Origin: Candidatus Latescibacterota bacterium
Lineage (GTDB): Bacteria; Latescibacterota; UBA2968; UBA8231
Assembly: GCA_965206595.1 (NCBI GenBank)
Contig: OZ242214.1
Coordinates: 6,688,001 to 6,752,000 of the forward strand
Reading direction: 5' to 3'
Length of the DNA stretch: 64,000 bases
The notes under the pieces were generated by a model. It saw only the letters and a list, made by a program, of their open reading frames with translations, searched no databases and was not told the origin of the DNA. The position numbers and the translations under genes are program-made. Positions 38,112 through 49,344 of the stretch are shown here, in pieces. Each line of letters starts with the position of its first letter. Position 1 is the stretch's first letter.

Positions 38112-38648
38112 TCAACCCCCTGCCGCATGCTCCCGGTCCCACGCCTCCCCTTCCTTCCTGATCCGCTTCAGGGCCCCGCGCAAGAGGTTGCGTTTGAGCG
38201 CCGGCAGGTAGTCGATGAACAGCTTGCCGTCGAGGTGGTCTATCTCGTGTTGCAGCACGCGGGCGTAGAACCCCCCGGCCTCGAACCGGTAGGGCTCGCC
38301 GTTGACGTCGATGCTGTCGATCTCGACCTCGGTGTAACGGGAAACGTCGCCGTAGAGCTCCGGTATGCTCAGGCACCCCTCCTCGGCGACGGCCTCGCCG
38401 GAGGCCTCGACGATGGCGGGGTTGATCAGCGCCAGGGGGGGCTTGTCGGGCTCCACCGCGGAAACGTTGACGACGATCACGCGCCTCGAAACCCCGATCT
38501 GCGGGGCGGCCAGCCCGACCCCTTCTGCTTCCGCAAGCGAGTCGAACAAGTCCTGAACGAGACCGGCGACCTCGCTGTCGACCGCCGCTACCGGGGCCGC
38601 GGCGCGGCGCAGGACCTTGGCGCCGAACTTGACGATCTCGCGCTTCAC
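38112..38648 (-). CDS. def: Peptide deformylase
   Basis: GVGLAAPQIG, EGCLS, QHEIDH. Confidence 0.97.
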   Translation of the reverse strand: MKREIVKFGAKVLRRAAAPVAAVDSEVAGLVQDLFDSLAEAEGVGLAAPQIGVSRRVIVVNVSAVEPDKPPLALINPAIVEASGEAVAEEGCLSIPELYGDVSRYTEVEIDSIDVNGEPYRFEAGGFYARVLQHEIDHLDGKLFIDYLPALKRNLLRGALKRIRKEGEAWDREHAAGG

Positions 38649-39712
38649 TCGGGGAGAGGATCCAGGTCGACGGAGACGTAGCGGGCGCCGGCAACTTCCA
38701 GCTGCCCGACAAAGGCGGAACGCGCACCCTCCGCGGCGAAGCGGCCGGCGCCGGATGCGCTCATGCGCACCAGGGTGACCTCCCGGTGCACCTCCACCTG
38801 CCCCACCCCGATTCCGGCCTGCGCCAGGGCCGTACCTGCCGCTCCGGCCAGGCCACTGCCCCCGGGGGCGAGGCCGCCTTTCTTCTTCAACACCTCGTTG
38901 AGGCTGCCGGAGCGGAAGCCGCGCAGGTCCGCAGCCGCGGACCGGTAGCCGATCCCGGTGAGGGCGCCATGAATCCTTGCGCGAAGCTGTGCGTCGGCGA
39001 GCAGCCGGTCGAGGTCGGCCGCGGGCAGCTCGATGCGGGCGACCTCGGTGTGGTGGCGCACGCGCAGCTGCTCGAATCCGAGCCCGCGCAGAAAGGCCTC
39101 GGCGCGGTCGACCATGCGCAGGCCGTCAGCGGTGACCGGGGTGCCGTAGGGAAAGCGGGAGGAAAGACAGGCCATGGCCGGCCGGTCCCAGACCGGCAGC
39201 CCCCACGCCCTGGCGAGGTCGCGGACGTCCTGCTTGCCGAAGCCCGCCTCCTGCAGCGGAGCTCGCACTCCGTACTCCCGGGCGGCCTGCGCTCCGGGAC
39301 GGAAGTCACCGACGTCGTCCCTGTTCTGCCCGTAGATAATGGCGTCGGCCTCGAGCTCTTCCGCCATGCGCCGCATATGGGTGAAGAGCTCCTGCTTGCA
39401 GAAGTAACAGCGGTTGACCGGGTTGCTCGCGTAGTCGGGGTTCTGCAGCTCGCCGGTGCGCACCACCTCGTGACGGATGCCGAGGTCGCGCATCAGCTCG
39501 CTGGCCGCCTCGAGCTCCCCGCTCGCGTAGCTCTCGGAATCGGCGGTTACCGCGATGGCGTTCTCCCCCAGGACGCGGTGCGCGGCGACGGCGAGAACGG
39601 CGCTGTCGACGCCGCCGGAATAGCCGACCAGCACCCTGCCCAAGGGGCGAAGAACGGCCTCCAGCGCCTCCTGCTTCTGCTCGATGGTGCGGGCGGTTTC
39701 TATCTCGATCAT
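38645..39712 (-). CDS. larE: ATP-dependent sulfur transferase LarE
   Basis: PP-loop YSGGVDS, RCYFCK, DFRPG, ACLSSRFPYG, RVRHH. Confidence 0.92.
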   Translation of the reverse strand: MIEIETARTIEQKQEALEAVLRPLGRVLVGYSGGVDSAVLAVAAHRVLGENAIAVTADSESYASGELEAASELMRDLGIRHEVVRTGELQNPDYASNPVNRCYFCKQELFTHMRRMAEELEADAIIYGQNRDDVGDFRPGAQAAREYGVRAPLQEAGFGKQDVRDLARAWGLPVWDRPAMACLSSRFPYGTPVTADGLRMVDRAEAFLRGLGFEQLRVRHHTEVARIELPAADLDRLLADAQLRARIHGALTGIGYRSAAADLRGFRSGSLNEVLKKKGGLAPGGSGLAGAAGTALAQAGIGVGQVEVHREVTLVRMSASGAGRFAAEGARSAFVGQLEVAGARYVSVDLDPLPE

Positions 39713-39825
39713 GTCGGAAGCAACGGATCGTCAGCGGTGGCTGTGCGTGGCGTGTAAAGTCGCCTTGCCGCCGCGGACGGGCAATGAGGGCCGGCGGCGG
39801 TGCGGTCCCGTGTGGACTTCCACGG

Positions 39826-41259
39826 CTAGCCTTCGCGCACGGCGCACGGCACCAGCACCGCGTCGACCATGCCGTGCAGAACCTTCTTGTCGGCCGGGCA
39901 GACCAGCGCCTGGATGCCGCCCAGCCTGGTCTCTTCCTCGCCGGTGACGAAGTAGTACGGGCGCAGCAGCACGCGGCCGTGCATGTGGCGGAGCTCGCCG
40001 GCGGAGAAGTCGTAGTAGCTCGCCTCGAGCCGCGCGCCCTTGTGGAACTCCTGCAGGATGCACGGGTTCGTGTCGAAGCGCTCGAGCGCGACGGCGACGG
40101 CTGCGGACCACTCCTCTTCGGGCAGGTCGTGGCCGATGGAAACACCGCGGCTGCCGTAGGCGTCGGGGGCAAATCCGGAAGGTTTCACGACCAGCTCCCG
40201 CTCCTTCTTCGTCAGCGTCCCGAGCTCCTCCCAGCTGCTGACCTGACGGCCCCCGATCTGCATGCCGGAGACCGTGGCGTGCGGAGGAATCGGCGCCGGA
40301 TCGAGGATCCAGGTGCGCGGAACCAGCTCGCGCAGGGTGTCGTGGCCGCCGCCTCCGAGCTCGCGGGTCCAGAACCCCTCCAGACCGGGATAGTGCAGGA
40401 AGGCCATCCACATCTTCTCTTCGAGGAAGGCCTTCAGGGGCGGGGTGATGCGCACGGCGTTCTTCTTGCCGTGATAGGTGATCAGCTCCGCCTTGGGAAT
40501 GTTGGGCAGGTCGAACAGCTCGAAGAACCGGTAGACGACGTCGATGCGGCGGTCGCGGCCGTCGCGGGGGAGCAGCAGCCCCTCGTCGTCGACGGAAAGC
40601 TCCCTCGGATGGCAGCAGTACACCGGCCTGCCGGAGCGCTCCAGGGACTCGGCGAGAAAGCACATCTCCTCGCGGTACTCCTCCGACTCGTCCGACACGA
40701 CGACGGCGATGGTGGGATCCTCCCGTTCCGACGTCGCCGCGACCGCCTCGTAGAATCCCTTGATCAGACCGTGGGGGCCGCCGATGAGATCGTACCCTTC
40801 CCCGGCGTAGAGGGCGTGGATCTGCCCGGTGAAGCCGATGCCCCCGGGGACGGAGTCGAGCTCGGTTATACGCACCCCGTCCGCGGTGAGGACGAGATCG
40901 GGGCGGATGACGACGGGCAGCTGCGTCCGCGAGCGGTTCATGCGGCCAAAGTCGACGACGCGCTCCGGCTTGCCGCGGTCGAGGTAGCGGTGCAGCCAGG
41001 AGGGCTGCAGCCCCTTGACGCTCTGGTGATACAGCAGGTTGCAGGCTTTCTGAAACTTCAGGAGCTGGGGGCCGAGGGACTCGAGGAACTGGTGCTGGCC
41101 GCGGGTGAGCCAGAACGGTTCCGGCGAGATGCGCCACGGCAGCCTGCTGTCGGGATGCAGCTTCGTCCGGTCGCCCTCGAAAAGCCCTCCGCGCGGAGAG
41201 CTTTCGTTGATGCGCAGACAGATCGCCTTGGGGGATGACTCGGTCGAGGTGACAGCCAT
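39826..41259 (-). CDS. Conserved hypothetical protein, ATP-grasp/glutathionylspermidine synthase-like
   Basis: IRPDLVLT...ITELDSVPGGIG, VYRFFELFD, LVVKPSGF, ILQEF. Confidence 0.6.
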   Translation of the reverse strand: MAVTSTESSPKAICLRINESSPRGGLFEGDRTKLHPDSRLPWRISPEPFWLTRGQHQFLESLGPQLLKFQKACNLLYHQSVKGLQPSWLHRYLDRGKPERVVDFGRMNRSRTQLPVVIRPDLVLTADGVRITELDSVPGGIGFTGQIHALYAGEGYDLIGGPHGLIKGFYEAVAATSEREDPTIAVVVSDESEEYREEMCFLAESLERSGRPVYCCHPRELSVDDEGLLLPRDGRDRRIDVVYRFFELFDLPNIPKAELITYHGKKNAVRITPPLKAFLEEKMWMAFLHYPGLEGFWTRELGGGGHDTLRELVPRTWILDPAPIPPHATVSGMQIGGRQVSSWEELGTLTKKERELVVKPSGFAPDAYGSRGVSIGHDLPEEEWSAAVAVALERFDTNPCILQEFHKGARLEASYYDFSAGELRHMHGRVLLRPYYFVTGEEETRLGGIQALVCPADKKVLHGMVDAVLVPCAVREG

Positions 41260-41737
41260 GGAGGGGGGTGTCGCGGCGTGTGACAAAAGGGTGAAATATC
41301 GGGCACCGCGACGAGCAGTCAAACCCGGATGGGGCCGGTTTTCCAGACCGATGGGGCCGCCGTACCTGGGGAAACCGCGGCTGCGAAGAGGTTCGTGCCC
41401 TCACGGGAGCAGGGAAGCGGCCACCCCATCGACGATGAGCAACCGAGAAATAGCGCCTGCCCAGGCCGGCGATCCTTGGAAGGCACGCCTGCCGAAAGGG
41501 CTCCGATGAAGTCCTCGGGCGCCAGGAAAGCCCAGCTTGGGGAAGGTTCGCGTGAAAAGGCTGGAGGTTGTCCGAACCAACAGAGCAGCGGACCGCACAC
41601 CGCCCCGGATGCCGCAGTTATCGCCTCGAAGGCCGGCTCCTTCTGCAGTACCTTGGCCTGGTCAGATTGACCGCCGACACGGTCCTCGAGATTCCCGACG
41701 GCCCTGCACTGCCTCCCGTTTCCACAGGTATCCTACC

Positions 41738-44700
41738 ATGGCGCCATTCTTCCGCTGCCGCTTCCTGCTCGCAGTCGCGCTCCCCGCAATCGCCGCCCTC
41801 CCGTCGAACGCCGGCGGCAATACCTACCTCGAGATGATGACGGTTCATCTCGATGCCCCGGTGACGCGGCTGCCGCCTCCCGCGGACGCCGGGGCGCGCA
41901 GAGAGACGTTCTCCCGGCGCCACTCCCCCGAACAGGCCGAGCAGCTCGCCCACCGGCTGTTCGCGCTCTGGGACCGGGAGCAACGGCGCAGCAGCCCCCT
42001 GCCGGTCACGCGGCGGCTCGACGCGCGCAAGGCCGCGGTCGTCGAGCTGTACGAGCAGGGGAAGTACCAGGAGGCCCTCGACGCCTTCCGCGCCTACTTC
42101 TTCGCCAAGGTGCTGCTGCTGTGGAACGACGAGAAGGGCCTGGTTTCGAGGGAGTTCGAAATGCGTTTCGCCCGCGACTGGGCTACCCGGAACTTCGAGG
42201 ACAACGTCACCCTGCTGATGGAGAACACCTACCAGGCGCGCACCACCAAGGAGACCGTGCACCTCGGTGAGATGGGGGCCCTGCGCTGGGACTGGCAGCC
42301 CGAGGGATTGCAGAACCCCTGGTACACTCCGCTGGTGTTCGAGTACTTCGCCTCGGAGCACAACCTCCGCACGCTCTGGTGGAAGTTCGTCGACACCGGG
42401 GACCGCAGGTACCTCGACAAGTACCTCGAGTACTACGACGACTACACGATGAACTGCCGCGTCCAGGAAAACCTCAACCCCCTCAACCTCGACTACGGCA
42501 AGCAGGGACACGGCAACTGCGAGCATTTCATTCACGCGCTCTCGGAAATCGCCCGCGTGCTGCCCCCCGGAGGGGAGGGTTTCCCCTCGACGACCCTGGC
42601 GCGCATACTGGTCCGGCAGCTGACCGTCCTGCTGCCGCAGTCGCTCTACTACAACCGCGAGCAAAGCGGCAACCACTCCTGCGGGGCCGTCCACGTGCAG
42701 CAGTTCCTCAGCTATTTTCTCTACGACTTCAGGATCGCCAGGCTGCTCGAGAACGAGTCGCGCCGCCAGTTCGAGATCTACAACGCCCTCATCGACCTGC
42801 CGGACGGCTCCATGTACGGACGCATGGCCGGGTACAGCCGCCACGAGCTCACCGAGAACTCCGTCTACCTCGACAGGATCAGGGAAGCCGACCCCGAGTG
42901 GCTCACCCCCAGCCGGGAGCTGGAGTACGAGGACCGCCTCGCCGAACGCGTGTTCTGGTACCTCAACCTCTTCGAAGCCGGCGGCGAGGTGCTGAACGGC
43001 GTATCGACCGACCGCCGCAACGCCGACTTCAGCACCCGGGTGAACCTCGTCGCCCGCTCCCAGCCCCGGGCCCTGATGGATCCTTCCCTGCAGGCCATCG
43101 CCGCGACCATCCTGCGCAACCAGACCGGTCCCGACTGGCGCGGAACCACCTGGACCGATGCGGACAATCCCCTGCTCAAGGGGGGCCTGTTCGCCGGCGA
43201 GGCTCCGCCCTACACCTCGATCAGCTTTCCCTACAACCACATCAGCATCATGCGCTCCGGGTGGGACGCCCGCCGAGACCAGGCCGGCTTGTTCCTGCAC
43301 TCGAGCGGCCGCGGCCTCGACGGCGGCCTGTTCCTGCGGGCCAAGAACTGCAACTCCCTCACCCTCAGCGCCTTCGACCAGACGCTGCTCGTCCAGGGCA
43401 TCCCCTACGCCTACCACTACGTGCGCAGCCCGATTCAGGTCGACGGCCAGGACCAGTTCGCCCGCGCCGGCATCACCGGACACGGACGCAAGGGAGAGCA
43501 CCAGCCCGGGCTGGCGCCTCTCTCCCCCTGGCGCACCCATCACAGCGCCGCCTTCGACCTCGCCGAGGGGAAGTACGACGGGATCTACAGCGACTCTCCC
43601 GATCACGAGCCCATGCTCTACCACTACGACGTCAACCTCGAGATCCTCGCCGGCGCCCTCGAAGGGGAGATCTCCCACCACCGCATCGTCCAGTTCGCCA
43701 AGGAGCAGGGGGTCTGGTTCCTCCTCGACATCATGGAAGCGGACCGGGCGCGGAGCTACCGGCAGCAATGGTGGATGCCGAAGCTGACGGAGAAGAACCC
43801 GGAGGGGTACGAGAAGGAGTGGGTCTCCGCCGATCCCGGCAGAGGCATGTTCCATTCCCATGCCGGAGAAAAACCGAACCTGTCGATGTACCACGCCGGC
43901 CCCGTGCTGCTGGAAACCGGCGAGAAGCAGGCCCTGAGCTACAACCCGGTGAAGACCTACACCCTGCAGGAGGAGTGGTACAAGGGGTACCGCGCCGACC
44001 GCAGGCCGGGAGGGGAGTTCCTCCACCTCGCCGCTGACTGGGAGAGCGGGCCCGGCAGGAGTCAGCTCATCACCGTCATCCACCCGCGGCCGCAGGGGCA
44101 GTCCGAAAAGGAGCTGCGGGTCGAGCGGAGCCACGGCGGCAAGGGAGTCTCCGTGGTATTGGAGAACGGCGACCGCATCGATTTCGTCGCCGACGGCCTC
44201 GAGTCGAGCCTGACCGTGCGCAAAGCCGGAGAAGAAACCGAACGCGGCCTGGTACTCGGGGAAGAGGAGAGCTACGAGTTCGCGCGGGACGGCCATGCCG
44301 AGGAGCGCTTCCCCATCCTTCGCGCCATCGGCGAGCTGGCGATCCGGCCGGACATATCCGCCTTCGCCGAGGAAGTCACCGTGACCATCGCCTGCCCGGA
44401 CGAGGACGTCGACATCCGCTACACCACCGACGGCAGCGATCCCACCCTCGCGTCCGACCTGTACACGGGAGGACTCACCTTTTCGGAATCTCTTACCCTG
44501 AAGGCGCGCGCATTCAGGAACTGGCTGACGGAGATGCCGGCGAACCGGGCCGGCAACACCTTGATGAGCCGCGTCTACCGGGCAGTGTACGTCAGGGAGT
44601 CGCCGCACGAGCCCCTGCCGGATTCACTGGCGGAAAGCCTCGAGCCCGGGCTCAGGTACAGCTACTACGAAGACCAGTGGCCGAAGCTGTTGTTCGGGGC

Positions 44701-45220
44701 GCCCCTGACCGAGGCGGCGAAAACCGGGACGGTAGGTTCCGCTTTCGACACGGGGCCCCGCTCAGGCAGAGAGAAGCAGGCTTTCGCCTTTCGCTACAAG
44801 GGGTTCTTCAGGGCCCCCGAGGACGGGATCTACACCCTGTTCGCACCGGAGGAGTTCGTCAGGTACGCGCCGCTGGCCGGGTACGATCTCGACGTCCGCC
44901 TCGGGTACGAGAACAGGTGGGAGGGTGGTTCAAAGGCAGAGGTCGGGCCGGGGTCGCCCCTGCAGCAGTGGTATCCGGGCACGCGGCGGCACGCCCTCGG
45001 CAACTGGTCGATTTATCTGAAGGAGGGGTACCACCCGATCGAAATCTATTTCGCGGACATCCGCCCCGGGGGGTACCTCGAATACATGCAGTTCGACTAC
45101 GACGGCGTCAACGTCCCGGGGCTGATCGAGCGCTACTGGACCGGGGAGGTTCCGGAACTCGAGATCGCCGGCCCCGGAATCGAGCGGCAGCCGATTATGG
45201 CGGACCTGCTGTATCACTGA
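41738..45220 (+). CDS. Large secreted heparinase II/III-like protein with Fn3-associated and PA14-like domains
   Basis: Signal peptide; PDGSMY, SIMRSGWD, HHRIVQF; IRYTTDGSDPT; PGLRYSYYE, GFFRAPEDGIYT, LKEGYHPI. Confidence 0.72.
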   Translation: MAPFFRCRFLLAVALPAIAALPSNAGGNTYLEMMTVHLDAPVTRLPPPADAGARRETFSRRHSPEQAEQLAHRLFALWDREQRRSSPLPVTRRLDARKAAVVELYEQGKYQEALDAFRAYFFAKVLLLWNDEKGLVSREFEMRFARDWATRNFEDNVTLLMENTYQARTTKETVHLGEMGALRWDWQPEGLQNPWYTPLVFEYFASEHNLRTLWWKFVDTGDRRYLDKYLEYYDDYTMNCRVQENLNPLNLDYGKQGHGNCEHFIHALSEIARVLPPGGEGFPSTTLARILVRQLTVLLPQSLYYNREQSGNHSCGAVHVQQFLSYFLYDFRIARLLENESRRQFEIYNALIDLPDGSMYGRMAGYSRHELTENSVYLDRIREADPEWLTPSRELEYEDRLAERVFWYLNLFEAGGEVLNGVSTDRRNADFSTRVNLVARSQPRALMDPSLQAIAATILRNQTGPDWRGTTWTDADNPLLKGGLFAGEAPPYTSISFPYNHISIMRSGWDARRDQAGLFLHSSGRGLDGGLFLRAKNCNSLTLSAFDQTLLVQGIPYAYHYVRSPIQVDGQDQFARAGITGHGRKGEHQPGLAPLSPWRTHHSAAFDLAEGKYDGIYSDSPDHEPMLYHYDVNLEILAGALEGEISHHRIVQFAKEQGVWFLLDIMEADRARSYRQQWWMPKLTEKNPEGYEKEWVSADPGRGMFHSHAGEKPNLSMYHAGPVLLETGEKQALSYNPVKTYTLQEEWYKGYRADRRPGGEFLHLAADWESGPGRSQLITVIHPRPQGQSEKELRVERSHGGKGVSVVLENGDRIDFVADGLESSLTVRKAGEETERGLVLGEEESYEFARDGHAEERFPILRAIGELAIRPDISAFAEEVTVTIACPDEDVDIRYTTDGSDPTLASDLYTGGLTFSESLTLKARAFRNWLTEMPANRAGNTLMSRVYRAVYVRESPHEPLPDSLAESLEPGLRYSYYEDQWPKLLFGAPLTEAAKTGTVGSAFDTGPRSGREKQAFAFRYKGFFRAPEDGIYTLFAPEEFVRYAPLAGYDLDVRLGYENRWEGGSKAEVGPGSPLQQWYPGTRRHALGNWSIYLKEGYHPIEIYFADIRPGGYLEYMQFDYDGVNVPGLIERYWTGEVPELEIAGPGIERQPIMADLLYH

Positions 45221-45571
45221 TCGGAGGAGCCCTCCCATACCTCGGGGAAGCATGGGCAATACCCGGTTCGTTCCTGGCGGGAGACCCCGTCGAGCTTGGA
45301 GAGCACCCGGCCCCGAGGGATCATCTTCCGCCTCAACACCAACGGCGAGAAGGGGCCGGGACCGGATCAGCGTTTGCGCGGTTCAACCAGGAGTGGCTGA
45401 CCGGGACCGATGAGCTGTGAGCGCCGCGAACGGGCGCTGGAAAGACGGAACAGAAGGGGCAGGGATGAGCCGGTGCCTTTCCCGGGCATGAAGGTACCTG
45501 GGGTACCCCCATTACAACCCCCCGCAGCGATGATCGCGACCGCCCCGTTGGGCGGCGCTGGCATTTTCCTC

Positions 45572-46523
45572 CTACTTGAGGCAGAGCAGCTTCCGGGACT
45601 GCACTCCATCGGGGTAGTACAGACGTATCAGGTAGACCCCTGCCGCCACCGCGGCCCCCCGCTGGTCAAGGGCGTCCCAGTGGACCTGGTAGAAGCCGGC
45701 GGCCTGGACTTGATCTATCAGCGTGCGCACAGGCTGGCCCAAGGCATTGTAGATCTCCAGCCGCACCGGGCCGGGAGTGGCCAGGCGATAGGCGATCTGA
45801 GTTGTGCTGTTGAAGGGGTTGGGGAAATTGGGCGACAGACCGCTGACGGCTGGTCCCTCCGACGCCGCCCCTTCCTTTGCCGCGTCCAGCCGTTCGACGG
45901 CAACCATCCGTACATCGCCGCCCAATGTCAGTTCCAGGATCTGGCGCCGGTTGCGGTTAAGAGGGATGCTGTTCCATTGGCTCACGATCTCGCCGGCCGG
46001 GTTGCGGGCGCGGGCGCGGTAGAAGCCGCTGACGCCGGGCGGTGCCGGGCTGGTGATGGACAGGGCCGCGCGGCCGGCCGAGTCGGTGACCGCGCTCCAT
46101 GCGTAGTCGGGTCGGCGACCGGAGATGGCGCGGGAAAACTCGACGGTCAAGCTCTCGACCGCGTCGCCCAGGATCGTGGCTTCCACTTCCGTGCGGGAAA
46201 GGGGCGTCGAATCGGGGGTAGCCACCGGTGGGGTTGTGATGTAAGGCGACATGTCCCACAGTAGAACCGTGCCGTCCCAACTCCACTGGCCAGGGTGGTC
46301 CCATCCGGCGAGAAAGCCACCGAAATGACCGCATGCGTATGCCCTTGGAAGGTGGCCTTCTCCTGCCCGCTAGCCAGCTCCCACAACACAACAGTTCTGT
46401 CGTCACTGGCACTGGCCAGGGTGGTCCCGTCCGGCGAGAAAGCCACCGACTCGACAGACGACGTATGCCCTTGTAGGGTGGCCTTCTCCTGCCCGCTGGC
46501 CACATCCCACAACCGAACCGTAT
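45572..46523 (-). pseudogene. C-terminal half of interrupted WD40 protein (2 WD40 repeats, lineage-specific domain, FlgD/T9SS-like CTD); extra frameshift at ~46282
   Basis: TVRLWDVASGQEKATLQGHT...; NFPNPFNSTTQIAY...YNALGQPVRTL. Confidence 0.85.
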
Positions 46524-46777
46524 GGAAACCCCCCCTCATCCACTTCCCAGGAGCTTCCAACTCTCTGGGGCCATTCTTCCTGGAAGGGGAAGGCAAGGAA
46601 ACCCTGCCACAACCGCTCCCTCGATCTGGGCCGTAAACACGCGGTGGAGGGCAATCGGAAGGAGGCAGAGTCAGCCTTAGATACGAAAAGGCAGTAGTAG
46701 TCTCAATAACAACGAGGTAGTTAAAGGAGCCCATTTGGAACTACCGTACAACGTCCCTGTGCAACGGTTACCTATCA

Positions 46778-47170
46778 TCATGGCAACAAGGTTCTGTATC
46801 TGATCCCCAGCATCAGACCCGCTTCGCACAAGCGGTGGGTAAGAGAGATGTCGTCATTGCTGAGGGCAGGGTCACCGCTGGGGTGATTGTGGGCAAGGAT
46901 AATACCGTTAGCGCCCTTGAGAATCGGGGCCTTGAACGCTTCCCGAGGGTGCACGATGGAGGCCGCTTGACTGCCGATAGACGTACCTTCGTGCGCTACG
47001 ACCCTGTTCCTTGCATCGAGGTGGAGAACGATAAAAACCTCCCTGTCACAGTTCCGGAAGTCTTCCAGGCTGTTCAGGTAGGTGATGACTTCTCCAGGAC
47101 TGGTAAGGGCTTCGCTGCACACGTCTTGCCATATCTGTCTGATCTTGACTTCGGTCAATTCGAGCTTCAC
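46778..47170 (-). CDS. RadC-like JAB-domain protein (C-terminal LDH segment missing)
   Basis: DREVFIVLHLDARNRVV, VHPREAFK, LAHNHPSGDP.LS.DD. Confidence 0.85.
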   Translation of the reverse strand: MKLELTEVKIRQIWQDVCSEALTSPGEVITYLNSLEDFRNCDREVFIVLHLDARNRVVAHEGTSIGSQAASIVHPREAFKAPILKGANGIILAHNHPSGDPALSNDDISLTHRLCEAGLMLGIRYRTLLP

Positions 47171-47178
47171 GGTAGTTC

Positions 47179-47230
47179 CTTTCTGGTTAATTGTGGGTAC
47201 TACTCTTTCTGGTTAATTGTGGGTACTACT
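47179..47230 (+). repeat. 26-bp perfect tandem duplication
   Basis: ctttctggttaattgtgggtactact x2. Confidence 0.9.
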
Positions 47231-47372
47231 GTAGTACTACTCTTAACTGCAGTACAGATATCTCCCCCTCCCAACAGATACCCTCCCCCTCTTGCCCTGC
47301 CGAAAGGGAGTTCGTACCTTGCCCAATTCCAACAATACAAGCGGGTGGTGGATTCCCCCGGAAAGGACTTCT

Positions 47373-49342
47373 ATGGCTCTAAAGAAGCTCGGAAACAGCT
47401 ACCTCGTCGGTGCCAGCGATAGCGCACAGGCATCATTCGACGAAGACATCAATTACCGGGGGTGGAAGGATTTCCTCGTGTGGGTACCTTCGTACGACTC
47501 CGATCAGCAGGCCGTGATTACCGGGTATTCCGACAACCCGGATTCCTGGATAGATGCCTCCCTCTACCGCTGCAGCAATCTCCTGGATGATCCAGGGACG
47601 TTTGTGGACGATGAATCCGTACGATCCCTGACACGGGCAGCAGGAGGAGGGTCCATGACGTTTGAGTTCGGCCCGGAACCAGCTCGCCTTTCCGGGCTGT
47701 TCCGTCTCCGAATCAAGCCAAGAGACAATGATTCGATGTTCACGGTGAACTTTCAGAACCTTCCCTGGTATGCCCTGGAGTGCTGGGAGCCGCGCAATAA
47801 TTTCTACATATTCGGTATCTCCGGTGGCGCTCCCATCGAACAGTATTTCTTCATTCCAAGGCTGACCGAGGATGACGATTATGTTCGGGTGCGGTTGCAG
47901 ACCGGGAACAACATCGAAAACGCACGGCTCGACATATACACGGAAACCGGGGAAGATCCAATTGCTACGGCGATATGCAAAGGTATAAATGCAGCAGGTG
48001 ACGATCACCCCTGGTACGATACCGCCCGGATCGATGGAGACGACCTTCCCTCAGAGTATCCAGGAGGGATATATCGTTTCCGTCTTACGGAAGCTTTAGA
48101 TGATATCGAACAACCTTCCGGAAATACCTGGGTGCGGTTTTCCAAGAACGTAGTTCCGTACTTTTCGGGTAGTGCCGAGCGGTTGATTTATCCGATTCTC
48201 CATCAGAGGATCGATCCGGTTTCATATGTCGATGAGCCGCAGTCTCACCGGCTATACCTGACAGTTCCCCGGACCGTCCCTTCGGGAGAGACGGCTATAA
48301 TTCCCGAAGCCAGTGAACTGAAGTTGAAAACGGGAACGTCGCCGGAATCGGACACGACAACGGGCTTTTCCGTTATCACGACGCTGACCTTGGATTCACC
48401 CCAGAAGATCGAAAGAGGAGCTGATTTTGTCGCGCAACTCCTGGATGGGGATACGGTAGTCGCGGACAGCACCGACAAGGTCGATACTCTTTACGGCATT
48501 CGGGAGCCTGTATACGACAGCGACTTTCCCGAGAAGCTGATACCCGCTTGGGATAACGGGAACGGCAGATATACCTCCCAGGACATGAGTGCCGGACATA
48601 TAAACACGATACAGACGAGTGACGAAACATCCATACCGAACATTGTTGACATATAAACACGATACAGACGAGTGACGAAACATCCATACCGAACATTGTT
48701 GCAACATCCTGGGGTGCTCTGTACACACCTCCAGAGCAATGCAATCCTACAATAAAGGCTTGGTTCAAGACAGAGGTCGAAGGAGAATACCCGAATGCAA
48801 ACAGCGAGAATGTTCGCTTTTGGGCCATCCGAGACGAACCCGACAGCGGCCCTGGGTATTACCGGGCTTCTGGAAAGGTCTATCCGGTAACTGCTCTCAA
48901 GGACTTGTATGATGCGTTTCTATGCTATACGGGTTATACAAGCAAGCCCTTTCAAATCACCATCCAGCACACCATTTTCATCGAGGAATTCAGCCGAGCG
49001 TGCGACATTATTGGCAGCGATCCCTACGTCTGTGCAGTGAAGCATACCGAGAATTACAGGCGAGTGCGGGACTGCGTAGCGGAGCTGACGTACAATCAAA
49101 AGGCTCAACAAAAGCGAATGATTATCATGTGGTGGTGGGACCCGAAAGTAGGGGCGGGAACAGCCGTTGAAGTATCCCTTTTCGAAGACGCATTCGAAGA
49201 AGCAACGGGTATGGAGAGCATAGGCGGATGGAACTTTTCCGCTGGAGGGTATCCGGTGGAGAACCCGCTGAACACTGGTGATCCTGATTTATGGACGGCG
49301 ATAACAAACAAGAACAACGACTGGATCAATCCGACAGAGTAA
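47373..49342 (+). pseudogene. Hypothetical protein with C-terminal clan GH-A-like domain, broken by a 53-bp tandem duplication
   Basis: RBS gaaagga and MALKKLG; 48595-48647 = 48648-48700; removing one copy reads through FWAIRDEPD...DIIGSDPY to the stop at 49342. Confidence 0.7.
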
Positions 49343-49344
49343 GA

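Noticed and set aside
41618-44608. 996-aa minus-strand ORF and similar long ORFs (2614-4632, 15875-18784, 28798-30270, 59333-60532)
   Set aside because: Antisense or off-frame shadows of well-supported genes, as expected in high-GC DNA
6108-48700. Duplication lengths 13/26/53 as multiples of 13
   Set aside because: 53 and 15 do not fit, the sample is tiny and the sequences are unrelated
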